NCBI GenBank assembly: GCA_964016885.1
Contig: OZ024741.1
Location: forward strand, 335,110,001 to 335,174,000
Length of the DNA: 64,000 bases
Direction of reading: 5' to 3'
From: Eledone cirrhosa
Taxonomy: Eukaryota
The position numbers were made by a program, and so were the translations under genes. Positions 39,830 through 52,846 of this stretch are shown here, piece after piece (positions within the stretch are counted from its first letter, which is position 1; the number at the start of each line of letters is the position of its first letter). Under the pieces are notes generated by a model. The model was not told where the DNA came from and did not search any database. It worked only from the letters and a program-made list of their open reading frames with translations.

Positions 39830-40701
39830 TTTGAACATAGGGTTGATTCTTCTCATAATGTTGTAGAGTTTTCATTAACCCTTTCATTACAATATTTCTA
39901 AGGAAAGAAACTGCCTAGAATTTTGAAATAAATAATATCAAAATAAATAATATCAAAATCTCATGGATTCGATATTATGTGAGGTAAAGCCTTTACCATG
40001 AATATACAATAATAAATATAAAGTAATGTAAATGCTAAAGAGTGAAATGAAAAACACTCCCTATGATTTGTAATTAATTTTAAAACATAGTCAAGAATTC
40101 GGGTTTTAGTAATATAACTATTTTTTTTCGTTTTTAAGCTGGTGTTTGGAACATAACTTATCAAAGATTCTTACATAAAATTATGCTGGAAGGTTTTTTT
40201 TTAGATAAATATAAACACTTTTGTTACCCTATTTCTAATGAAACACACTGCCTATGCTTTTCAAATAATTTTGGAAATAATCAAGATTTTGGAGAGATTT
40301 AGTAATATAACTAGGTTTCTCGTTATATTAAGCTGTGATTTGGAACATAACTTAAATAAGGTTCTTACATAAAATTATGGTGTGAACGTTTTTAGGTAAA
40401 TATAAACACTTTAAAATGTACAGCTTAGTATCGTAGAACCAAGATTGGTATCAAAATGGTTTAACCCATCTTACAACTGAACATTTTTGCAAGCAGACAT
40501 GGTATGGTATGTTAAGGCCCTGTTACTCCTGATAGAGTTGTGAGGGCACCGTAGTAGCATACAGCATTTCTTCAACATTTTAAGCCTGATGGAGCTTATC
40601 CATCTCCAAGACAAGCAGTAGAACCTTTGCCAAAAAAGGTTCATACAAAAAAGGATCTTACATAAAATTGATGTGAACGTTTTTAGGTAAATATAAACAC
40701 T

Positions 40702-40916
40702 TTTACCGTTTAGCATTTGAACCAGCTGTATCTGGCCAGAATTTTCTCACATCCTTCTGTTCAAAGCGGTCATAATGGCTGCTCATACTTATGTTAAGGT
40801 ATTGTTCTCAAAATAAATAATATCAAAATTTCATAGATTCAATATTATGTAAGATAAAGTGTTTACGGTGAACATACGATGGTAAATATAGGGTAATGTA
40901 AATGCTAAAAGGTTAA
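40702..40916. mobile_element. TTAA MITE, copy 2
   Basis: Homologous throughout to 5445-5660. Confidence 0.65.
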
Positions 40917-41937
40917 AACACTTTAAAATGAACATATTATCATTGAACCAGGGATGGTTTCGGGTGGTTTGGTATCAAAATGGTTTATTGCAAACTTAAA
41001 CCATTTGACAGCTCGACATTTTAAGCCCAGGCAGAGCCTATTCCTCTCTAGGCAAAGCAAACAACCACAGCCCCCCCACAAAAAACTGCTGTCACAGGTA
41101 GCAATAAAACTTTATTAAGTTCTCTGATAAAATAAATAGTTGTGGAGTTAATTTAACCAATTCTAAGATTCTCTCCAGTAATTCCTGGTCTTGTGCCAAT
41201 GTAAGAAATTTATATTAACGTCTGAAAAACAAAGAACTTTTCTAATCACTCCCAGAATGATTAGCTGTCTAAAACTTGTGTGATTTATGTAATCACTCAC
41301 TTAATTATTGCATATTTCAAACTGTCTGATAGATTATAGTAATAACGATTTAAATTTTCCAAATGATTAACTTCGCTTTTTTTTTTTCATGTAGTCGTCG
41401 TCATTGTTGTTGTTGTTGCTGTTGTTGTTCAGTTTTACACATAATACTTCTGAAGACAACCAGACATTAAACCAATTGAAGATTTACAAAATAATAGTGG
41501 GGAGGTGGAGGTAAAAAGGAAAAAGAAAGTCACAAATGTTAAAGTTAACAGTCCAGAAAATTTTAAATTATTATTACATTATTATGTTTAACTAACACAG
41601 ACATTTAAATTTAAAAAAGATGGTGGTGGTGGTGGTGGTGGTGGTGATAGTAGTGGTGTGTGTAGTGGTTGTGGTGGTGGTGGTAGTGGTTGTGGTGTGT
41701 GAGGGTGATGGTAGTGGTGGTTGTATTGGTGATGGTGATGGTAGTGATTGTGGTGTATGAGGGTTGTGGTGGTGGTGTGGTGGTGGTGGTGATGTGTTGT
41801 GGGGGTGGTAGTGGTAGTGGTAGTAGTAGATATTGTAATGGCGGTGGTGGAGGTGATAGTGGTGGTGGTGTTGGTGGATGTAGTAGTAGTGGTAGTTTAT
41901 TATTAGACTATGTTTTATCCCAGATGAATTATATATA

Positions 41938-42183
41938 TATACTATTATATTTCGGGATGGTCATGTTGCCAATAAAAAACACACATGCTATTTGACTTTC
42001 ACTTCAGAAAGAATAAACAGAATAAGAAAAAATAGTCATTGAGGAAGTCACAGAATGTGTGACGAAAGATCTTTGACAAAATAACCAATAGCTACTGATA
42101 ATAAAGCTGAAGGGAATGGCAAATTGTGCATGTGTTTTATTGGCAAAGTTGGAAATGTGACCATCTCCAAGTATAACAGTATA
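41938..42183. mobile_element. MITE with imperfect TIRs (related fragment at about 16293-16430)
   Basis: tatactattatatttcgggatggtca ... tgaccatctccaagtataacagtata, with inner ttgccaataaaa/ttttattggcaa repeats. Confidence 0.65.
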
Positions 42184-42185
42184 GA

Positions 42186-42660
42186 CAAAGGGCCACCAAC
42201 CTTTTAGGGTGTGTGGGCCACATTGCTATGCAGTGTCTTGTCGGTGGGCCACTTTGCTATGCAGTGTCTCGTCAGCAGGCCACATAACTATGCAGTGTCT
42301 CTTGACCTCACACTGCTCTGTCTAGGAGGCTACCTTAATCCTAGGAGTTAAAGAAGGACAATGAATTTTATATGATATTATTTTAATGATATTCCTTACT
42401 ACAAATAAAATACAGGCAGAAATGGTAAATTGTTTAATGAAATACTTGTTTTTGCCTGTTTGTTACTGTCATGCCAAAAATTACATTCAGCTAAGTGAGT
42501 CTTGTGGCTAGACATGTTCTCTAGTCAGCATTGTAATCCAAAATAATTCAGAGAATTCTTTCAGGTATTGCTTAGCCTAAGATTGAAACCTGTTGGCGGG
42601 CTGGACAAAGGTCCTTCATGGACCAGATGTGGCCCACGGGCTGCGGGTTGCCGACCCCTG
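42186..42660. mobile_element. hAT (Charlie/SPIN-like) non-autonomous element
   Basis: Right end ggcccacgggctgcgggttgccgacccctg and degenerate left end caaagggccaccaacctttt. Three internal ccacattgctatgcagtgtct-type repeats. No clean 8-bp TSD. Confidence 0.6.
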
Positions 42661-42667
42661 ATATATA

Positions 42668-42950
42668 CCATCATCATCATCATCATCATCAAAACATCCA
42701 TTGTTCAATGCTTGCATGGCTTGGATGGGTCCTTATCAGTACAGCATCTCATCATTTGTTGCATTCCTTTGTCATCTCCTCCATCACCTTTAGCGATCTG
42801 AGATCAGTTCTCACCACTTCCATCCAAGTTTTCCTTGGTTTTCTTCTACTGTTGCCTCCCTTCACTGGGATAACTTGTCACTTCCTCCCCCTTAGATAAT
42901 CATCCATGCATATCACTTGTCGATACCAATGCAGTCTCCTCTCCTTCATA
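42668..42950 (-). pseudogene. RTE LINE 3' fragment
   Basis: Nucleotide homology to 2238-2530, with a (TGA)n tail. Confidence 0.7.
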
Positions 42951-43174
42951 TATAAATATATATGTATATATCATCATCATCACCGTTTTACGTCCATTCT
43001 TCCACGTTAGCATGGGTTAGACGGGTTGTCCTGTTGTGGGCAGTGTCCAGTCGGCTGACCTTGTCTTGCTCATATGGGAACTGATTCTGGCTTGATTTCT
43101 ACAGCTGGATGCCCTTCCTAACATCAACCTCATTTACAGTAAGTGCTGGGTACTTTTTTGCCGTGGCAGCTCTA

Positions 43175-43460
43175 CAAAAATAAGAGGAATCAAATGCTGT
43201 GTGCAGGAGAGGAGATTGCGTTGGTATGGACATGTGATGCATATGAAGGATGATGGTTGCATAAAAAGGTGCAGAGCACTAGAAGTCGATGGCAGCCGCG
43301 GAGTGGGGAGACCCAAGAAGACCTGGAATGAGGTGATAAAAGCCAACCTTACACAATTGCACCTCTAAAAGGCAATGACACACGACTGTGATCTCTGGCG
43401 TCATGCAGTAATACAGAAGACCCGACTTCCCACGAGTACAAGCCGAAGCTGAAGCATATA
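43175..43460 (+). pseudogene. RTE LINE 3' fragment
   Basis: IRGIKCCVQERRLRWYGHVMHMKDDG..GRPKKTWNEVIK. Confidence 0.8.
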
Positions 43461-43482
43461 GACAATATGCCCCCACCCCCTC

Positions 43483-43768
43483 CCACTGCAAAGTGATCGT
43501 GGAGGTGCCACGGCAAAAAAGCACCCAGCCCATACTGTAAAGTGGATGTGTAGTCGCCACAGAAAAGAAAGCACCCAGCACTCATTGTAAATGAGGTTGG
43601 TGTTAGGAAGGGCATCCAGCTGTAGAAATCAAGCCAGAATCAGTTCCCGTATGAGCAAGACAAGGTCAGCCAACTGGACACTGCCCACAACAGGACAACC
43701 CATCTAACCCATGCTAGCATGGAAGAACGGACGTAAAACGGTGATGATGATGATGATGATGATGATGA
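43483..43768 (+). mobile_element. SINE family C (RTE-type (TGA)n tail); further copies at about 17575, 18097, 28340, 38990, 42971, 47845, 49310, 54244, 55311, 59623
   Basis: Recurrent aaagcacccag..ctgtaaa..gttaggaagggcatccagc..catgctagcatggaa..gacgt..(tga)n. Confidence 0.8.
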
Positions 43769-43782
43769 TATATATATACATT

Positions 43783-43826
<44 letters not shown>

Positions 43827-43875
43827 TATATACATATATATATATATACACACACACACACATATATATATATAC

Positions 43876-43924
<49 letters not shown>

Positions 43925-43927
43925 TAT

Positions 43928-44155
43928 GAAATGTTTCCGTAGGAAAGGTAAAGGAAAAGAGAGTGCTCTATGTAGGCTACAGACCTTTTTAGTTATGTAA
44001 TAAACAACATAAGATAATTATTTCATTTACCAAAGGTTTCACGAAGACACATGAGCCTGACACAGACGTCTGATTTCAGTCGTCAGGCTCATCTGTCTTC
44101 GTGGAACCTTTGGTAAATGAAATAATTATCTGATGTTGTTTATTACATAACTAAA
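43928..44155. mobile_element. Fold-back element related to 53948-54235, folded within HHR stem II (only the GAAA-cctttgg-TA half retained)
   Basis: Arms about 43988-44061 and 44082-44155. Shares taccaaaggtttc and the ttccg-aggaaa..agagtgctctatgta tail with the 53948 element. Confidence 0.75.
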
Positions 44156-44197
44156 TATATATATATATACATATATATGTATATATATGTATATATC

Positions 44198-44934
44198 TTG
44201 TGAACGTGACCTGGGCATTACTGTCAGCAGCGATTTGCGTTGGACAAAGCATATCTCTAAGATTGTCAAGAAGGCCGAGGGTGTCTTGGCATCACTCTGC
44301 AAGACCTTTGTTAGCCACTCTCCAGCCATCTATTTAAAGCTGTATACAGCTATGGTACGACCACACTTGGAATTTGCATCATCAGTCTGGAACCCCTACC
44401 TTGCTCAGAACATTGACCTCCTGAAAACTGTTCAGAGACGTGCAACCCTCCATCAGACACCTACCATACTCTGAACGCCTTGCTTCCCTGGGCATGGATT
44501 CATTGAAGCTCCAATGTCTGGCAATGGACTTGGTAAACACCCACAAAGTTATTAACCATCTTGCCAACAACAACCCTGAGCACCTTTTTGATCTCCATGT
44601 GTCTAACACATGTGGACATGCCTACAAAATCAGAAAACAGCACAGCTCCCATGACTTTCGGAAACATTTTTTCACGCTTAGAGTTGCTGAAGCATGGAAC
44701 AAACTGCCTGCGTCAGTTGTTAGCTGCCGAGACACTGCATCCTTTAAAACCCTCATGATTCTTGAAATTCGCCAAAACTACACCTGATGTACCCCTTCCA
44801 TACACATGCACACACGTGTATATCACGACTCCTGCACTGTTCATTTTCCTGACGTTTGTACATTACCCTATGTACTATACACACACTTTTTGATGAGTTG
44901 TAGTGCACCTGAGCACTGTACACAATATTTTCAT

Positions 44935-44940
<6 letters not shown>
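44198..44940 (+). pseudogene. 5'-truncated CR1/L2-group LINE, RT C-terminus (frameshifted) and 3' UTR
   Basis: ERDLGITVSSDLRWTKHI..LYTAMVRPHLEFASSVWNPY..VQRRAT and HFFTLRVAEAWNKLP, split across two frames. Confidence 0.85.
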
Positions 44941-44978
<38 letters not shown>

Positions 44979-45444
44979 TGGTATATATATATATATATGT
45001 GTGTGTGGTGTGTATGCATATATATATATATGTATATATATATAAGATAATATATGTTTCAACACTTGATTATATATGAAGAATGTTGCGGAACATACAT
45101 AAATGTAAGAAATATATTAAAAATTAGTTGAAACCTTCTGATTAGGGAACATTTAATCCGTTCAGCTTAGTCTTAAATGGAAGTAAACTAGTTGTAATTT
45201 AAATTCCTTTCTGTACTTAGCAAACCTAAAACTCCCAGGAGAGAGAGGGGGGACTGAGTGAGAGAGAGAAACTGAGGAAGAGACTGAGGGAGAGAGGGAG
45301 ACTGAGAGAGAGAGACTGTGGGAGAGAGAGAGGCAGAGACTGAGTGAGAGAGAGAAACTGAGGGAGAGAGAGAGAGAAACTGAGGGAGAGAAAGAGTAAG
45401 AGACTGAGAGAAAGAGTGAGTCTGAGGAAGAGAGAGGGAGACTG

Positions 45445-45492
<48 letters not shown>

Positions 45493-46755
45493 GGAAACTG
45501 AGTGAGAGAGAGAAACTGAGGAAGAGAGAGAGAGAAACTAAGGGAGAGAGAAAGAGATTGAGTAGGAGAGATGGAGAGACTGGGGGAGAGAGAGAGACTG
45601 GGGGAGAGAGAGACTGTGGAAGAGAGAGAGAGAGAGAGAGGCCTGCATATTTTAAAATCACACAACACTCACCACCTGCTACCTGCATTCCTCCATAGTC
45701 ACACATGCACACCACACACACTTGCACACCACACACACTTGCACATGCAAAAACACATTCACACTGACATACATACACATTCACACATGCATAAACCCAT
45801 TCACACTTACACACACACACAGTGACACATATCCACACATTCGTGCACACACACATATATATCCAGACACGTTCACACTAACACATACACACACAAAACA
45901 CACATATTCACACACACAAAAACACATTCATACACACACAAGCACATACTTATTGACACATGCACAAATATACACACACATTGACACACGCACAAATACA
46001 CACACACATTGACACATGCACAAATACACACACACACATTGACACATGCACAAATACACATACACACACACACACACACTGACACATGCACCAATACACC
46101 ACACACAAACACATTCACGCTCACACAACACACATTCACACACAAACATATTCACACATACACACAAACACACCTACCTTCACACACACACAATATACAC
46201 ACATTCATAAAAACATACACACATTAACACACAACTTCACACACACCCAAACACACCTACCTTTGCACACATTCACACACACACACACACACACAGACTG
46301 AAACACATACACCTAAACACACACATAGTCTCTTCTCTTTTTATGTTTCATTAATTGGACTGGAATATTTGATGATGCTATGAAAGATATTTAAATTAAA
46401 TCTTTAAATGACTTTCAAAGATGCCTTCCAAATACTTACATCTGCCGGTTCCACAGACAGATACAGCATTAAAATAAGCTGCCATCTTCATAAAATCTTG
46501 CAAAGTGAACTCAAAAGTTTCTAATTTTATTTATTTCTATTAAATTACATTTATCTTATATTCGAACTGTAATTCTAATTGGTTTAAAATTAAAAAAATT
46601 TAAAGAAATAGCTATTAAAATAATTAGATATAGAGGTATTAAATCTTTATTGCTCTCTCTCGCACTCTCTCTCTCTCTCTCTCTCTCTCATTCTCTCTCT
46701 CACTCTCTCTTACTCTCTCTCTCTGTCTCACTCTCTCTCTCATTTTCATTATTTC

Positions 46756-46803
<48 letters not shown>

Positions 46804-46839
46804 ATCTATCTATCTATCTCCCCCTCCCTCCCTGTGTAT

Positions 46840-47172
46840 CCCTTCTCTCTATCTCCTTATCTATTTGTCTATCACTCTCTCATTCTCTCTCTCCCTTTCC
46901 CCCCTCTGTCCAATCTCTCTCTCTGTCCCCCGCTCTCTCTCTCCCCTCTCTCCCATCTCTCTCTCTGTCCTCCTCTCTCTGTTTACCCCTTCTCTCTATC
47001 TCCTTATCTATTTGTCTATCACTCTCTCATTCTCTCTCTCCCTTTCCCCCCCTCTGTCCAATCTCTCTCTCTGTCCCCCGCTCTCTCTCTCCCCTCTCTC
47101 CCATCTCTCTCTCTGTCCTCCTCTCTCTGTTTACCCCTTCTCTCTATCTCCTTATCTATTTGTCTATCACTC
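46840..47172 (+). repeat. Tandem duplication of about 147 bp within a (CT)-rich tract
   Basis: cccttctctctatctccttatctatttgtctatcactct occurs three times at regular spacing. Confidence 0.75.
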
Positions 47173-48181
47173 TGTCTCTCTGTCTGTCTGTCTATCCATC
47201 CATTTGTCTATCTACACCTCTTTCTTTCTCTCTCACACTTGCACACAATGTATATGTGTGTGTGTGTGTGTGTGTAATTATATATAACAAAGGATTAACA
47301 AGGATTATTATTAAAGCATTTAATTTATATATGTCCTTTCAATAGACTATCAGGAATGTTCCATTCTTGCAAGAATAACTCCTCAGAATCGATCAAATAC
47401 AAATAAATATGTTATATATATATGTGTCTGTGGCAGGGGCGAAGGGTGTGTGCATGCAACGCATGCAGTGCATGCATTATAGAATCTTGAGTTTATCAAT
47501 TGTGTCGGTTGAAGCAAGCAGAATTTTGGCTGCTTACTAAATCGTAGACACATAAAAAAGATAACACACACACACACACGACAGCGTCAGTTGAAGCAAG
47601 CAGAATTTTGGCTGCTTGCTAAATGGTAAACACATAAAAAGATAACACACGCACACTCACACACTAGATAACACTACATGCGGCTTTGACCGGGAGGGTC
47701 ATTTAGAGGGAATTGGGGGTGGGAGGGATAAGGCTGCACAGCCCCACTTTCCACCATGGCGATTTGGACTGCATGCCCTGCTTTCCAGGTTACCCTTCGT
47801 CACTGGTGGGTGTACATACATACATACACATGCATATATATACATATCATCATCATTGTCGATTAACGTCTATCTTCCAGGCTAGCAGGAGTTAGACGGG
47901 TTTGTCCCAATTAGAGGCAAGTTGGGTTGGGTGACCATGTCTCGCTCATATAGGAGAGTTTCTGGTGGTTTTCTATGGCTGGTTGCTCTTCCTAACGCCA
48001 ACCACATTGACAGTGTGTGCTGGGTACTTTTTGCCATGTCTTTTACACATCCACTTCACAGTGTGGACTGGGTGTTTTGGGGCTGGTTTTCTATGGCTGG
48101 ATGCCCATCCTAGCGCCAACCACATTTATAGTGTGTGCTGGGTTCTTTTTGTCATGACACCTACATATATATATATATATA

Positions 48182-49095
48182 TATACTAATTATTATACTA
48201 CAGTTTGTCCATATCGATTTAAAATAATAAATCAACGGAGACGAACTGTATTGGCAAAAGGCCGTGATGTTTAGACACATTTAAATTTCAAAATCAAACC
48301 TGTTCCGTAGATAAGTTTAGACTTTAAGATCCAAATATGTTTCGAGTTAAAGTCTAAACTTATCTACGAAACAGGTTTGATTTTGAAATTTAAATGTGTC
48401 TAAACATCACGGCCTTTTGCCAATACAGTTCGTCTCCGTTGATTTATTATTTTAAATCGATATGGACAAACTGTAGTATAATAATTAGTATACTTCAATC
48501 TGGCTAAATTTTTCTTTCGCAATATATATACAGATGTGTTGGTATCTGTGTTTCATCACATACATATTAATTTATACACTGCTCATGGGATATATTTTTT
48601 CCTCATTCGAGCTGATTCCATTGTAAAAGAATTCATTACCTTATTAATTTTAATCTGCTCCTAGTTTGAGCTGCAAAGCCGCCTCATATACATGACTGTT
48701 ATTTCTAGCAGTACGGTTATGAGACTAGTTAGATACTGTAAAGCCATGTGCGCCACGCAGTCTTTTAAATTATTTAGAAGTGAAGCATATCAATTTGTCT
48801 CTGGATGTTTACTGAGGAGAGCGGGACTTGATATTCCTACACTTTTTTAACTCGAAACATATTTGGATCTTAAAGTCTAAACTTATCTACGGAACAGGTT
48901 TGATTTTGAAATTTAAATGTGTCTAAACATCACGGCCTTTTGCCAATACAGTTCGTCTCCGTTGATTTATTATTTTAAATCGATATGGACAAACTGTAGT
49001 ATAATAATTAGTATACTTCAATCTGGCTAAATTTTTCTTTCGCAATATATATACAGATGTGTTGGTATCTGTGTTTCATCACATACATATTAATT

Positions 49096-49099
<4 letters not shown>
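48182..49099 (+). mobile_element. Non-coding HHR element: 523-bp unit present about 1.45 times, plus an inverted 5' segment, in (TA)n
   Basis: 48347-48576 is repeated at 48870-49099 (offset 523). 48182-48350 is the reverse complement of about 48847-49015. Flanked by (TA)n. Confidence 0.85.
48804..48931 (+). ncRNA. Type I hammerhead ribozyme with long stem III
   Basis: gatgttta-CTGAGGA(48812)-gag..ctc-GAAA(48854)-catattt..aaatgtg-TC|taaacatc. Perfect 8-bp stem I, GUC cleavage triplet at 48921-48923. Confidence 0.85.
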
Positions 49100-49134
<35 letters not shown>

Positions 49135-51432
49135 GGAGAAGAGTATTGAATACATTGAAGGCCATATGCTGTTGTATTTAGGTTTATTTTCATCTCCATG
49201 ATACATATTTTACTGGGGTCTATGGCTAGGTAGTGCTCTTCCTACCCACTCCTTCAGCCTTAGCTAGTCAGATGGTAGAAAAAGAAAAATTAAAATATAT
49301 ATATAACATCTCAGTCCACACTAAAGTGTTTGTGTAGGTGTCACGACAAAGAGCACCCAGTCCACGCTGTAAAGTGGTCATGTAGGAGACACAGTAAAAA
49401 GGCTCTCAGTCTACACTGTAAATGTGGTTGATGTTAGGAAGGGCATCCAGCCATAGGAAACCTGCCAGATACAGTTATATATGAGCGAGACACGGTCACC
49501 CAATCAATCTTGCCTCAAGTGGGACAAGCCCATCTAATCCATGCTATCGTGGAAGATGGACGTTAAATGATGATGATGATGATACATACAAACACAGAGG
49601 AAATTAAAAAAACAATTCAATCCTTACAATGGTATTGAGTACTCATTCTCATTAACTCAATACTAAGCATATATATATATATATATATATGTTCATGTGT
49701 GTATATTAGTGTGTGTGTGTATATGTGTGAGTGTGTATAAATGTGTGTGTTAGTGTGTATTGTCCAAAGGAAAGGCTTTGGCCGATAGTGATTGGTTGGT
49801 ACCAACATTAGTTGGAAAGTGTCAAATGTGACCCTGCAAGACACTTCATTCTATGTCTTAACCCTTTTAATACCTTACAGCCTGAAACCACCCCTGGTTC
49901 TACAATATAAAATTGTTTGTTTTAACTTAGCATCCTGTAATCAATTATGAGAAAATGTCTAAAAATTATTTGCGATTTTCAAATGTTTATAGTGTCTTTT
50001 CTAGTGGACAAATTTTTGTGAAAATTTGTAGTAAGCTAAAGTAAGAACTTTAAATTTTAATATGTAATGCAGTCATAATAATGTTTTGTACATTTCAAAA
50101 ATAACTTACTAATGCAGTTTCACACAATACAGGACATTGAGTTAAAGTCTCTATATTTATCTAAAAACCTTCAATCATAATTCTATGTCAAAACTTTTTT
50201 CTTAAGTTATGTTCCAGACACCAGCTTAATAATGCAAAAGTTAGTTATATTACTAAGATTCTTGTATTCCTCTAGATTCTTGATTATTTTCAAAACCATA
50301 GACAATGGACTGAGATGGCTGGGTCATGTGTTGAGAAAGGATGACAATGATTAGAAGAGAGGAATAGAACTAGTGATGAATGTTCTGAAGAGAAATAGAA
50401 TGAGATAGTTGGGTCGTGTGCTGGGGAAGGATGAAGGTGACTAGATGACAGAAGTGATAGGAACAGAGTCAGTGATAAATGTTATGAAGAGAAATAGAAT
50501 GAGATGACAGGACCGTGTGTTGAAGAAGGATGAAAGAGACCAGATGATAGTGAGTAAAATTTGGTAGATGCAAACTGCAGTAGTTTGTATCTGTGTTTAT
50601 GTCATATATCTAGTGGTTCGACAAAAAAGAAAAAAAAGTCCCAAACTGTAAAAGATATATGATAGCTGGCATCGATATGATCAACAACTAAATCCGTTTC
50701 AGGTGGTACACTAACATAACAGCAGTTAGATGACTAAAAATAATGAAGTTTTATATACAAGGGGAAATTATTCATTGGTTGACATTTAACTCAATACAAT
50801 GAACCAACGAAAATGGAATAAAACTGACAGCAGATATATTATATTAGACTGTTAGATATAGTGGCTTCTAATGTTAACACAGGCTCAAGAATTTGGAGGA
50901 GAAGTGGAAAGCGGATGATATCTAACCCTTCCACAATACTTTACTGGTACTTTATTTTATCAAAAGGGATGAAAGGCAAAGGTGATTTGGGTATTACTTG
51001 AAACCAAAGCATAAAAAAACTACCAAGATTGGAAATATAATATGTTGTAAAAGATCTACTAACTATAAACTAAATCTTTGAGTACATGGAGGTTATGAAA
51101 AGATTCAACAACAGAACCTCCTAGCTGCTTTACAGCTTCACTTGCTTCCCATTTTTTATTTATCTTTTTTTAATGCTTATTTTGCCTACAGTTTGCCTTC
51201 CCTATTTATTTTTTAATTTAATTTAATTTTAATTCTTATTTTTATATTCACTTATCTCTGTCTATCTTGTTTTTTTTTTTATTTTTCAACTAGATACTTC
51301 CATTAGTCTGTCATGGTTTATTAGCTCTATACTTCAGACGTTTTAATTAATTAAATAAATAAATAAACTTACGAAATCCTGTAAGGCATTCTCTCTGATT
51401 CACTGACGATTTTGCCAATCCAGCTATCAGAA

Positions 51433-51624
51433 ATAATTGTTTCTACATTAGGCACAAGGCCAGCAATTACCCAGTGTATTACTGGCACTTTATTTTATCG
51501 ACCCCGTAAGGATGAAAGGCAAATTAACCTCGGCGGGATTTGAACTCAGAATAGCAAGGGCCGTAACTCTATGCGTCAAAGCATGGCGTCCGACCCTCTA
51601 CCGATACTGCCAATCCACCGCCCT
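51433..51624 (-). mobile_element. SINE family A copy (young)
   Basis: Homology to 5225-5445, with a perfect 15-bp TSD gctatcagaaataat (51423, 51625). Confidence 0.9.
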
Positions 51625-52184
51625 GCTATCAGAAATAATGAAAAGTAACCTTAAATACATATTTGTAACTATATTAAATATGTAAAAACTGAATATTAAA
51701 TTAATTTTCACTACTCTTATTCTGGGTGACAGTCAGCCGCCTTTACAGTTTAAACTACATTTTTTGCTGGTATAGCTAATTTTGTACACAGTTGCTTCCC
51801 TTTGTTTGTAAAGTTCATGTAAAATTACTTCCCTTGCATTGTAATTTTTCATCCGTTGCACATTGCACACACGCACAACCTGCACACCCGCACAACTTAC
51901 ACACGTATTTCCTATATATGTGATGGATTCTTTTACTGGCTTCAGTCATTGAACTGTAGCCATACATATCGTAAGTGAATTTAGTTGATCATATTGACAT
52001 CAGTTGGTATTTTTTCGTGCCTGGTACATATTCTATCGACCCATTTTTGTGAAACTGCTAGATTACTTAACACAGAGACACGAACATAAACAGACACACA
52101 GACACACGTAAATATGTTTGTATTATGTATGTAAATACGTGTGTAAGTGTGTCCGCGCCTGTCTTTACGTTTGTGTTTGCATCT

Positions 52185-52230
<46 letters not shown>

Positions 52231-52233
<3 letters not shown>

Positions 52234-52781
52234 AACGAGTAGGACCCCGACGGCTGAGCTCAAGCCGTTTCGACGGCTAATTCTGGACTAAATGAAAATG
52301 TTTATCCTGGTATATGAATAGCCGAGCTTCTCAGGGGGTAATTCCATATATGGTAAAAGTGATTGTCACAAGGATTGGTCAAAAGTTTGTTGTTGAGACA
52401 CATAATTCTATCATGGCAATTTGTGGAAGGAAGGGGTAGCTGAACCTGCCACTAGAAGAAAGAGGAAGAGGGAGTGGAGGAAACCCAACTCCCTCTCCCT
52501 CTTTCTTCTACTGGCAGGTTCAGCTACCCCTTACGCTAGAGGTTTACGGTATGTCGAATCTATTTATCTATAAAACTGTTTATATTGTATTTTGTCTGAT
52601 GAAGGCATAGCATATTGTTAATATGATATCCCCGAAATATATATAATGAAATAAATATGGTTTTATAAATATAGTTTTCCATTTATTTAATATTGTAAAT
52701 ATACTCCAAATATTTGTCGAGTGCTTTTATATCAGTTATAAATATTTACTTGTTGTAACCCAACAATTTTAAATATAACTT

Positions 52782-52786
<5 letters not shown>
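52231..52786. mobile_element. (TA)n-embedded element with a plus-strand HHR (52590-52651), a minus-strand HHR-like motif (52232-52344) and a central 102-nt hairpin
   Basis: Plus: ttttgt-CTGATGA..GAAA-tatata-TA|atgaaa. Minus: cccc-CTGAGAA-g..c-GAAA-cggc..gccg-TC|gggg. Hairpin 52431-52532. Confidence 0.7.

Positions 52787-52845
<59 letters not shown>

Positions 52846-52846
<1 letters not shown>

Noticed and set aside
41396-41510. Possible exon after a polypyrimidine tract and AG
   Set aside because: It begins with a (GTT)n repeat, has a weak donor site, and gives no recognisable peptide.
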